64,000 bases of DNA from Candidatus Latescibacterota bacterium (GTDB taxonomy: Bacteria > Latescibacterota > UBA2968 > UBA8231), in the NCBI GenBank assembly GCA_964291625.2, contig OZ220089.1, positions 3,904,001-3,968,000 on the forward strand, read 5' to 3'. Below, in pieces: positions 48,101-56,300 of the stretch. Position numbers and translations under genes: made by a program. The notes under the pieces were generated by a model. That model saw nothing but the letters and a program-made list of their open reading frames with translations, ran no database searches and was not told the DNA's origin. Positions within the stretch are counted from its first letter, which is position 1. The number at the start of each line of letters is the position of its first letter.

Positions 48101-48988
48101 GTCCTGGCCGACGCGGGGGCAGCTTTGGAGCGTCTCCCTGAGTACGGAAACAAGATCGAGCTCACGAGTGCCGAGAGGGTATCTCTCCAAGGGGCGCTCG
48201 AACGCTGGGCAGAGATGGGACCCCCGAACATCCGCCCATGGGAGCGGCAGGAGGTGGCTGCTTGGCGGCGAAACCTGAGGACCATATCGACCCTGCTGCT
48301 CGAACTTGAGGTGAGCCGCGGCACGGCGACGGTATTGCTCGCCACGGTGGAGAAGCTAGCCACCGGAAGGAGGCCCGCGTACGAGTTGCTGCCCGGCATC
48401 GTGAAGTCCGACACGGCACTGGGGGACTCGGCCGCCGCGCTGCTGAGGGTTGGGCTCGGCGGTTCGACGCCTGAGCAACGTGTACAAGGATTGAGCGCGT
48501 GCGGAGGTCTGTCTCAGTGGCTTCGAGCCTCTGCATTGGAAGATTGCGGTCTACCAGGGCCGCCTGCCGCTTTGGTGTTCGAAGTCGGCGCGATTATCGC
48601 CGCCCACAGGTGGTTGCTCCTCTCCCCTGCTCTTGAGATCGCCGCTTGGGTGTTCGAAGAAGGAACCGTGGAGCACCGCAGGCTGTTGCAGTCGCCCGTA
48701 CTTTCCGGCCTCGAGTTTCTGCGGCGGGCCCTTGTCTTTCGGGAGGTTTCTCCTCATCCCTACGTCGTCGAGCAGCCCCAGGTCAGCGAAGACGAGGTGG
48801 ACGTGCCTTGGCTCCGCTGGCGCTGCGTGCAATTGGCAAAGGCCATGGACTCCGCCGGCTTCGGAGAGGAGGCGGCTGTGACGGGGTGGCTGGAGGACGC
48901 CGAGAACGACCCCTTGCCAGAATTGCGGTTCGCGGTGGAAGACTGGCACGACCGGCGGGTCTCGGAGAGCGGTCCTGACGCAGAGTAA
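45173..48988 (+). CDS. SIR2-family NADase-domain defence protein (DSR-like) with long helical C-terminus
   Basis: IGSGFS, YTTNWD, KLHGS, VGFSGKDPNF; 1271 aa. Confidence 0.9.
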   Translation: MTKQPNDEFPDQIYFNHVRDALWRRPSQASVMIGSGFSRHAKKNRPDASEIPLWRDLTDALAKDLSASQDEPMAEAAALELAQEYERAFGRARLHQFLIESVRDEDFSPGGFHERLLRLPWRDVYTTNWDTLLERCPHERAYSLVTSADHLPLSAPPRIVKLHGSLPGTFPLIVTKDDYEDYPKRFAPFVNTVRQAMMETVLLLVGFSGKDPNFLQWLSWVRANLRENAPRIYLAGWQDLEESSRRELIRESVLPINLRQHPKAADWPEPLRHAKALEWVLLSLEHGQPYPPEDWPSHDGPKRPGVPKDLKPVHWVRVRHPKEEPWEKPQGEPHEPAYLEEVRALLPVWSDNRKCYPSWLVMPSDAAHEIREKTDHWQPIFLPALPHLADGAERLGALNELVWRREVVLDPLFGELEEAVAGALEEIDCGRRLVGGEEPRDLDWGRVRRQWRTLAAALVTEARFNFDWEKFKHWIEQLVPFMEEDDDLFDRVQHERCLWELNQQDFEQLDCQVKNWEPRGSDPAWLLRKAALLAELGRNEEAKGIALGVLETVRRWPDGPASLAGVSREAWALRLAHVTDDDHESAGSRVRELESRFRELAQCGCDPTDELRAHERAVVGSPPIEKRRPFDLGMATGEGLSFSNVANYRALAALRAIRFVEVVGSPSAFSSDLLGHAAEALRPYRPEWSSALAVRCADGDADRRFSSTLSRWRIAFLAPELTRSLAESQRRTIEFALEQVGRSTSAVQTWWLWSQRLEAAMEALSRFVLRLKPEEVEEVLLLARRLYGDARIHPRIQYFQALGHLLRRSSEALPRSHQAQHALELLRLPIAGVDGFGGDSADNYEDPGYIITNAGSSARDCPAPVRSEANESAWVEVVRLVDRGLRTGGPARKRAAVRLVLLSRWKKLTPDERQRLAGSLWGFGLDDYGLPRDADLHPWVFLELPQPEPDLAESRLRAAWVRSASWEDESGESLEKVLADAGAALERLPEYGNKIELTSAERVSLQGALERWAEMGPPNIRPWERQEVAAWRRNLRTISTLLLELEVSRGTATVLLATVEKLATGRRPAYELLPGIVKSDTALGDSAAALLRVGLGGSTPEQRVQGLSACGGLSQWLRASALEDCGLPGPPAALVFEVGAIIAAHRWLLLSPALEIAAWVFEEGTVEHRRLLQSPVLSGLEFLRRALVFREVSPHPYVVEQPQVSEDEVDVPWLRWRCVQLAKAMDSAGFGEEAAVTGWLEDAENDPLPELRFAVEDWHDRRVSESGPDAE

Positions 48989-49091
48989 CGGTACGGCTCG
49001 ACTGACTCCACCTTCTGGAGCAAGCAGTTGCGGTAGGGTAACGCAGGTGTCAGGGTAGTTTGCCACCGGCAACACTCGGTGCGATCAGGGA

Positions 49092-49223
49092 ACGTTCTCG
49101 ACACCTTCACCATCGTCCGCCGGGAGGACGAGGCCGCCTTCGGCCGTTACCCCCGGGAGCTGATCTCCGGCCTACAAGAATGCTTTGGCCGGCAGAAGAT
49201 GCGACACGGTGGTGGCGGCGCAG
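49092..49223 (+). pseudogene. third, more decayed copy of the RM gene 3' end
   Basis: [19 protein letters not shown] matches 43886-44020 and the 3' part of the 44776-45157 copy. Confidence 0.85.
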
Positions 49224-49300
49224 GCCAGCCCTTGACAGGGCCCCGGCCTCGCGAGACGTTAGGCCCCGGACCCGGCTACCATGGACAAGGAGAGGGATGA

Positions 49301-49576
49301 ATGCACTTGAAGGCGGTGGCGCAGACGGCCAGGAACTACGTTGCCGATCTCTTTTCCGACGAAGGGATCATCAACGTCGGGTTGGAAGAGATCGAATTCG
49401 ATGAGCCTGGAGAAAGGTGGATTGTAACCGTCGGGTTCTCTCGCCCATGGGATCAGAAGAACCGCCTCACGGCGGCTCTGGAGCTTCCGGAGCGCTCCTA
49501 CAAGGTCCTTCACATCGCGGACAACGACGGCCGTGTGCTGTCTCTCAAGGACCGCTTGCTGAGCCACCGGAACTGA
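49301..49576 (+). CDS. small conserved protein, probable partner/antitoxin of the PIN protein
   Basis: GLEEIEFD...WIVTVGF...RSYK pattern; lies 3 bp upstream of the PIN gene. Confidence 0.7.
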   Translation: MHLKAVAQTARNYVADLFSDEGIINVGLEEIEFDEPGERWIVTVGFSRPWDQKNRLTAALELPERSYKVLHIADNDGRVLSLKDRLLSHRN

Positions 49577-49579
49577 TCC

Positions 49580-50041
49580 ATGCCCCCGTCCGGCTACTTT
49601 GTCGACGCCAGTCTTCTCGTACTTCTGGTGGTAGGCAGTCTGGACCGGGATCTCATTGCGAAGCACCGCCGGCTCCGGGCCTATTCGTCGGATGATTACG
49701 AGATTCTGATCAAGCTGCTCGATCCGGTTGAACGGGTTCTTGTCACGCCGAATACGCTCACCGAGACCTCAAACCTCCTTGCTCAGCACCCAGAGCCGGA
49801 GCGGTCGCGATTCTTCGAGAGGCTCCGGTTCATCATCGGGGAAGCCAGGGAGGTGGTGGTTGCCAGTGTCATCGCATCAGACAACAGCGCATTCGACCGG
49901 TTGGGGCTGACCGACGCGGCTCTCCTCGAAGCGATCACGCCGGACACTCCGCTGGTAACCGTGGATCTCGATCTCTACCTGCAGGCCAACGCGAGCGGGC
50001 AGGAAGTCGCCCTCAACTTCACGCATTTCCGGAACCTGTAG
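49580..50041 (+). CDS. PIN-domain ribonuclease (VapC-like)
   Basis: FVDAS, TPNTLTE, GLTDA, LVTVD acidic tetrad. Confidence 0.85.
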   Translation: MPPSGYFVDASLLVLLVVGSLDRDLIAKHRRLRAYSSDDYEILIKLLDPVERVLVTPNTLTETSNLLAQHPEPERSRFFERLRFIIGEAREVVVASVIASDNSAFDRLGLTDAALLEAITPDTPLVTVDLDLYLQANASGQEVALNFTHFRNL

Positions 50042-50284
50042 GAAGCCGACAGTGTCCCGGGAGACGGCGGCGCCCGGTTGAACAGGACACCTCACCGACA
50101 GAGTGCCCTTGAGGGCGCACCCACGGATAGCGCGCCGCTGGGTGGTGGGCTCGGGGTCGCTTCCTGAAACCGCTTGACTAAGTCCAGGATCGCTGCTACT
50201 CGACCAGGATCCATGCACTCCTGGACGCCCCAAAGGAGGCGAGACCAACCACCGATGGATTCGAGCAAGGCATACACGGCGGCG

Positions 50285-51799
50285 ATGAGAATCCTCCGCC
50301 AAGTGATCCTGTCCGCCCTGGCCCTGGCCGGCTGCGGCTCGGAACCCGGCCGCCCCAGCGGCCCCGAGCCCGGTCCCGGCGGCACCCCGGGGGGCATGAC
50401 CGCCCTGGTCTTTGCGGACTCGGCGCTGGCGGCGGCGGTGGAGGAAGCGGCGGCCGAGACCGGTGACGCGGCCGGGCTGGTCTCACTGACGGCCAAGGAG
50501 CGGGGGATCGCCGACCTGGGCGGCATCGAGCAGCTGACGCGCCTGGAGGTCCTGGACCTGTTCGGCAACGAGATCCGCGACCTGTCGCCGCTGGCGGAAC
50601 TGCAGCGGCTGCGTTACCTCGACCTGGGGAGCAACCGGGTCGAGGAGGTGTCGGCCCTGGGGTCGCTGAAGAGACTGCAGGTCCTCCTGCTCGCCGACAA
50701 CGAGGTGACGGACGTGTCAGCCCTCGCCGGCCTCGACAGCCTGCAGAGCCTGGACCTGAGCCGCAACCCGCTGGGTGCGGGGGCCGAGGCCGACATTGCC
50801 GCTCTGCGGGAGCGCGGCGTGACCGTGGAGCTCGGGGCGCCGGAGGGGACGGAAGGGACGGGCGAGACGGGTGAGGGAGGGCCCCCGGTCATCGTGGGAG
50901 ACCTGCCCATCGTCTTCGTCTCCTCCCGGGGAACGGGCCTGCGCCCGGACTTGGAGATCTATTCCCTCGACCCGGAGACCGGCGAGGTCGTGAACCTGGC
51001 CGCGGGCCTGGCCGAGGCGCCCCTCGCCGAACCGGACAGCGTCTCCCTGCAACGCCGGCGCCATGGCCAGGATCCGGCCCAGTCCCCCGATGGAATGTGG
51101 ATCGCCTTCACCTCGGGACGGGACGGCAACCTGGAGATCTACGTCATGGCCGCCGACGGCAGCGCGCCGAGGAACCTCACCCGCCACGAGGCCCGGGACA
51201 GGAAGCCCGCCTGGTCGCCCGACGGGCGGCGGATCGCCTTCGTCTCCAACCGCCAGGGGGAATCGGAGCAGGGCCTGGGCCCGACCAATGACATCTTCGT
51301 CATGAACGCGGACGGCAGCGGCGTGGAGCAGTTGACCTCAAGTCGGCGGCCCGTCTTCGCCGGCGACCCGGCGTGGTCGCCGGACGGTTCGTCTCTCGCT
51401 TTCCAGATGGTTGACGGCGAGGGCGTCTCCGAGATCTACGTACTGGAGCTGTCCACCGGCGCGTTCTGGCCGGTCACGGACCACGGCGGTGTGTTGTGGG
51501 GGCCTTCGTGGTCACCCGACGGCCACTGGATCGCCTGCATCGAGACCATCGACTCCCAGGAGAGTCACGTGTGGAGGATCTCCGCCGACGGCGGCGAGTC
51601 CCGCCGGCTGACCTCCGGCCAGTTCTGGCGGGCCACCCCCACCTGGTCTCCCAACGGCGCCCGCATCGTCTTCGCCCGGGAGGAACGGCCCGGCGGGAGT
51701 TCCTCCGACCTCTACGCCATCCCGGCCGACGGGGGGGCCGGCGAGCAGCTCACCGACGATCCGGCCGTGGACGAGCACCCGTCCTGGGCGCCCTTCTAG
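50285..51799 (+). CDS. lipoprotein with internalin-type LRRs and a TolB/PD40 beta-propeller
   Basis: LAGC lipobox; LxxLDLxxNxIxDLSPL repeats; PAWSPDG repeats. Confidence 0.9.
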   Translation: MRILRQVILSALALAGCGSEPGRPSGPEPGPGGTPGGMTALVFADSALAAAVEEAAAETGDAAGLVSLTAKERGIADLGGIEQLTRLEVLDLFGNEIRDLSPLAELQRLRYLDLGSNRVEEVSALGSLKRLQVLLLADNEVTDVSALAGLDSLQSLDLSRNPLGAGAEADIAALRERGVTVELGAPEGTEGTGETGEGGPPVIVGDLPIVFVSSRGTGLRPDLEIYSLDPETGEVVNLAAGLAEAPLAEPDSVSLQRRRHGQDPAQSPDGMWIAFTSGRDGNLEIYVMAADGSAPRNLTRHEARDRKPAWSPDGRRIAFVSNRQGESEQGLGPTNDIFVMNADGSGVEQLTSSRRPVFAGDPAWSPDGSSLAFQMVDGEGVSEIYVLELSTGAFWPVTDHGGVLWGPSWSPDGHWIACIETIDSQESHVWRISADGGESRRLTSGQFWRATPTWSPNGARIVFAREERPGGSSSDLYAIPADGGAGEQLTDDPAVDEHPSWAPF

Positions 51800-51812
51800 G
51801 CGGCGGGCAATA

Positions 51813-53105
51813 TCAGGGGGCGAAGGCCCGGCTCCCTTTGCGGTCCCCGGCATCGATGCGGTCGAGCTTCTCGCTCAGGGCGATCATCACCTCCTGCGTC
51901 TCCGTCACGCGCGACTCCAGGGCGGCGAGGCGGTCTCCGAAGCCCGGGGAGCCCGACGCGGAGAGCCGGCGGGCGAGGTAGACGGCCACGCCTCCGACGG
52001 CCAGACCCAGGAGGCCGACGCCGAGCACCATCAGCCAGTCGTTCTCCTCAGCCACAGGATCGGTCCGGCGCGGGACCTCCCCGTAGCGCAGGACGAACGG
52101 GCCGGCCTCGGTCCCCGGGTAAGCCCGGGCGCGAGCGGTCTGGTTCAGCACTCGGTCCAACCCGGATGAGTGGGGGCGCCCCGCGGCTCTCTCGATCGTC
52201 GAGATCCACTGCTCCGGGTGGTCGCTGAGCCAGCGATCCAGGTAGGCCTTCAAGGCCCCCGCGTCGAACCCCGCCGACCAGTCCTCCGGCGCCAGCACGA
52301 GCCGCCCGACCCGCCCGTCCCCCATCATCTTCAGCGTCACCGGGGGTCCCCAGGGGACCCAGGAAGCCATCGAGACCCCGTGCAGGGGCGAGGGCCTCGG
52401 GCCGCGGAAATCCGCCGGTAGCCCATCGCCGTCGACGACGACCACGTCGAACCCGATCGCCATGCCGCCTTCCAGGCGGACCGGCCTGGAAGGAAGGGGG
52501 TGCATCACCGAGGGACCGCTCCGCGGATAGATCGGCTCCGAGGACCGCACCTGCAGGCTCCACTCGTAGGTGGTGAGGTCGCCCCGGCGCTGCCAGGCCC
52601 CGAGCGATCTCCGGTCGCTCCGGAGGTTGCGGTGGACGCCTCTCCTGTCGAAGGACGGGTAGGTCTCGTATCCCGGCACCAGGGCGTACTGGATCGTAGG
52701 GCGTTCCTCCTCCTGCAGCGCCGAGACGTAGATCTCGCAGGCGTCCGTCCGGTGCATGGCGCCTGTCGGATAGAGCACGTCGTCGCGCACCTCCACGGCC
52801 ACGTGCAGCAGCTGCTCCCCGGGATCGTACCCGACCCGGAAGGAGGGGCTGAGGTCCTCGCTGGTGTCGAGGTCCGTCAGCTCGGTGTCGGTGTCGCCGT
52901 AGGCTCCGAACTCGTTCCGGATCGGCAGGGCCGGCAGGTCGCGGGGCCAATCGGAGAGATCACCGTCCACGGTGATGCCCGTGACGGGCAGGGCCAGGGC
53001 CAGGTGGTCGGGCAACTCGGTCCCCGCGGAGAGGGGCGGACCGGCGGCGGTCAGCCACGCCAGGGCGAGGGCGAGGGAGAAGGGGAGGGGACGGGGTCTG
53101 GGCAT
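51813..53105 (-). CDS. CBM9-like sugar-binding protein with C-terminal TM helix and short coiled coil
   Basis: Signal peptide, ITVDGDLSDW, VEVRDD, TTYEW, IGFDVVVVD; hydrophobic segment near the C-terminus. Confidence 0.72.
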   Translation of the reverse strand: MPRPRPLPFSLALALAWLTAAGPPLSAGTELPDHLALALPVTGITVDGDLSDWPRDLPALPIRNEFGAYGDTDTELTDLDTSEDLSPSFRVGYDPGEQLLHVAVEVRDDVLYPTGAMHRTDACEIYVSALQEEERPTIQYALVPGYETYPSFDRRGVHRNLRSDRRSLGAWQRRGDLTTYEWSLQVRSSEPIYPRSGPSVMHPLPSRPVRLEGGMAIGFDVVVVDGDGLPADFRGPRPSPLHGVSMASWVPWGPPVTLKMMGDGRVGRLVLAPEDWSAGFDAGALKAYLDRWLSDHPEQWISTIERAAGRPHSSGLDRVLNQTARARAYPGTEAGPFVLRYGEVPRRTDPVAEENDWLMVLGVGLLGLAVGGVAVYLARRLSASGSPGFGDRLAALESRVTETQEVMIALSEKLDRIDAGDRKGSRAFAP

Positions 53106-53375
53106 GGTTGCTCTCCGGGCGGTCACTTGGGCGGTCCGCAGCGGACCCGATCCAACTGGGCTGCCAATACCTATCCTGCAATCCTGCAGGTCAGTCAAGT
53201 GCTGATCGCCGGTCCATTGCCCTGGGCGAAGCGGCCCGAGGGACCGCGCAGGGCCGGCCGCCACCGCCTGCGCCGGGACGGCCGCGAGCGGGGCCGGCCG
53301 CTGCCAGCGGCGTATACTTGCAACCGGCTCGCGTCGGCCGACTCCGTGCAGACGCGGATTCAAAGGACCCAGGTG

Positions 53376-56300
53376 ATGAAGAAGCTCATACTCGCTCTCG
53401 TGCTGTTGCCGGCGGGCCTCTGCCACGCCTCCCCGTCTCCCTCCGACAGCCTGCACTCCTGCCTCTTCCTCGAGCCCGAAGAGTATCCGCCGGTCAGTCG
53501 AGCCGCCGGCAAGCGGCTGGCGGACCTCGACGCCGGCGAGCCTCGCACCATTCGGATGTTCTACTTCCTGCCCAACGACCGCCCCTTCCGCGGGGAGGTG
53601 GTGCAGCGGATCAAGGACGAGATGCTCCGCATCCAGGCCTGGTTCGGCGATCAGATGGAAGGGCACGGGTACGGGAACAAGACCTTCCGCCTCGAGACCG
53701 ATGACCAGGGGGATCCGGTCGTTCATCGCGTGGATGGGCGGCATCCGGACAGTCACTATCTCGACGGCACCTGGGCTTGCGTCAAGGAGATAGGGGAGGC
53801 CTTCGACCTGTCCAGGAATATCGTCGTGGTGGTGATCGACAACAGCACCAGCCGGATCAACCTGAGCTTGCTCGGATCGGCGAACTGGAGCTCGAAACAG
53901 AGCGGCATCGCCATGGTAGGAGGGGAATTCCCCTGGTCGACCCTGACCCATGAACTGACCCACACCTTCGGTATGGGACACGACTTTCGCCATGGCTCGT
54001 ACATCCTGTCCTATGGAGCCTCGAGGAGCGCTCTGTCAGCGTGCAGCGCCGGAGTCCTGGCTGCCCACCCATACTTCAATCCCGACGTTGGCGTCGAGTG
54101 GGCAGAGGGGCCGGCCATCGAGATCCTCTCGGGCACTACCTATCCGGAGGGGGCGGAGAGCGTCCCCATTCGGCTCCGGGTCAGCGATGCCCATGGGCTT
54201 CAGCAAGTGCGCGTGCGAGTCCCCTCGAGGCCGACGCACGATCCCAGGATCAGTGGGGTGGAACTGAAGACATGCCGCGCCATGGTGGGAGAAACAGAGG
54301 CCGTCGTCGAAATCGACTACGACGGCGTGGTCCCTTCGGGAGCCGCCTGGGGCTTCTCGGACCTTTCCGACCCCAAGGTGCATCCGATCTTCATCACCGT
54401 GGTGGACAAGGACGGAAACAGGGCCGGCACTCGCTTCGACCTGTGGGAACTGTCCCGGCAGCATCTGGCCACCCTCGAGCTCGGGGAAGAGGCCCATGCC
54501 GTGGCCTTCGCGGGCGGTGGCACGCTGGTCTCCGGGTCGGCAGAGGGGGTGGAGCTGTGGGACCTGGAGACGCAGAGAGGTACGACGACTTCGCTGTCCG
54601 CCGGCGTCACCGCGGTGGCCGTATCTCCGGACGGCGCCACGCTGGCCTCGGGATCCGCCAACGGCCAGGTGCAGCTCCTTGATCTGAAGGGTGACCGGGT
54701 GGTGGCCACGCTCCCAGGGCACACGCAGGCGGTCCGCTCCCTGGCCTTCTCGCATGACGGCACCGTCCTCGCGTCCGGGGGGGAGGACGGGGTCCGGCTG
54801 TGGGACACGGAGGCGCGTGCCAGCACCGCGACCCTGCCTGGTGCCGTCACGTCCGTGGCCTTCTCGCCCGACGGCGCGACTCTTGCCTCCGGCTCAGGAG
54901 ACGGTCTCCGCCTCCTGGACGTGGAGACGGAGGCGGAGATGGCGACGTACCGGCACGGAAGCGGCGGTTGGGGGCCCGGCGTCAACAGCGTGGCGTTCTC
55001 ACCGGACGGCACCCTGGTTGCCTCCGGGGGGGACGATACCACCGTGCGGCTGTGGGAGGTGGCGACGGGCGACAACCTCGCCGTCCTGGATGGGCATGAC
55101 CGGCCGGTGCGGTCAGTGGCCTTCTCTGTGAACGGCACGATCCTCGCCTCCGGTGACGCGGGTCTGACCGTGCGCCTGTGGGACCCGGTGAGTGGCCAGC
55201 GGCTCGCCGATCTGCGGGGTGAGGGCAAGGAGATCAACGCCGTCGACTTCTCGCCCGACGGCACGACGCTCGCCGCGGGAACCGAGGACGGCAGGATCGG
55301 CCTGTGGGACGTATCGGAGTGGGCCCAGCCCCGGCCTCGAAGACTGGTGCTGGTCTCGGGGGACGGTCAGCAGGGGGCCATCGGTGAGCCGCTGGCCGAT
55401 CCGCTGGTGGTGGAGGTGAGGGATCAGTACGGCAACCCCCTGCCGGGCGTTGAGGTTGCCTTCTCGGTCGTCCAGGGGGATGGCAGGGTCGGCGGGCAGT
55501 TCACGGTGGAGCGGACGACGAGCGACGCCAGTGGCCGGGCCGAGGCCCTCCTGACCCTGGGACCGATACAGGGGACGAACGCCGTGGAGGTGACGGTGGA
55601 GGGGATCGAGGCCCTGTCCTTCAGTTCGGCGGGGGTCGGGGAGCCGGGAGGTCCGCGTCCCGGTGGGGACTTCCGCACTTGGCATCTGCCCGATGCCTCG
55701 ACCGTCCGTCTGGGCAAGGGCCTGACCGAGGCGACCGCCTTTCTCCGGAATGGGGAGGTGCTCGCCGTGGGGACGAATGTGGGCATCTGGCTCTACGATG
55801 TGGCGACGTCCCGGGAGATCGCTCTTCTCCCCACACGCCGAATATGGGACATGGCCGTTTCGCGCGATGGGCGAATCCTCGCGTCCTGTGGGGCCTACAA
55901 GGACAAGATCAGGCTCTGGGAAGTGGCCACGGGAGAGGAGATCACCACCGTTGACCAAGCGGCCAGGGCCGTGGCCCTTTCGCCTGACGGCCGGACCGTG
56001 GCTTCCTCATCGGGTTCCGGGCTCGAGCTGTGGGACGTGGAGACGGGAAGCCAGGTGGCGGCCATGTCGGGGAGAGGCACAGAAGGCATTGAGGCCCTGG
56101 CTTTCTCCCCCGACGGCAGGCTGCTGGCGGCCGGGGAATCCTGGTCCGGTACCTCGGTCCACTTGTGGGATGTGGAGACAGCTGCAAGGACCGCGACCTT
56201 GGAGGGCCACAGGGACAGGGTCAATTCGCTTGCCTTTTCGCCCGACGGAAGGACCCTGGCCTCCGCGTCCCACGATCACACGGTCAAGCTCTGGGACGTG

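Noticed and set aside
53170-53190. ATCCTGCA tandem between divergent genes
   Set aside because: Only two short units; cannot be distinguished from chance.
52500-53375. N-terminal extension of the WD40 giant
   Set aside because: It is antisense to the CBM9-like gene; a clear signal peptide starts at 53376.
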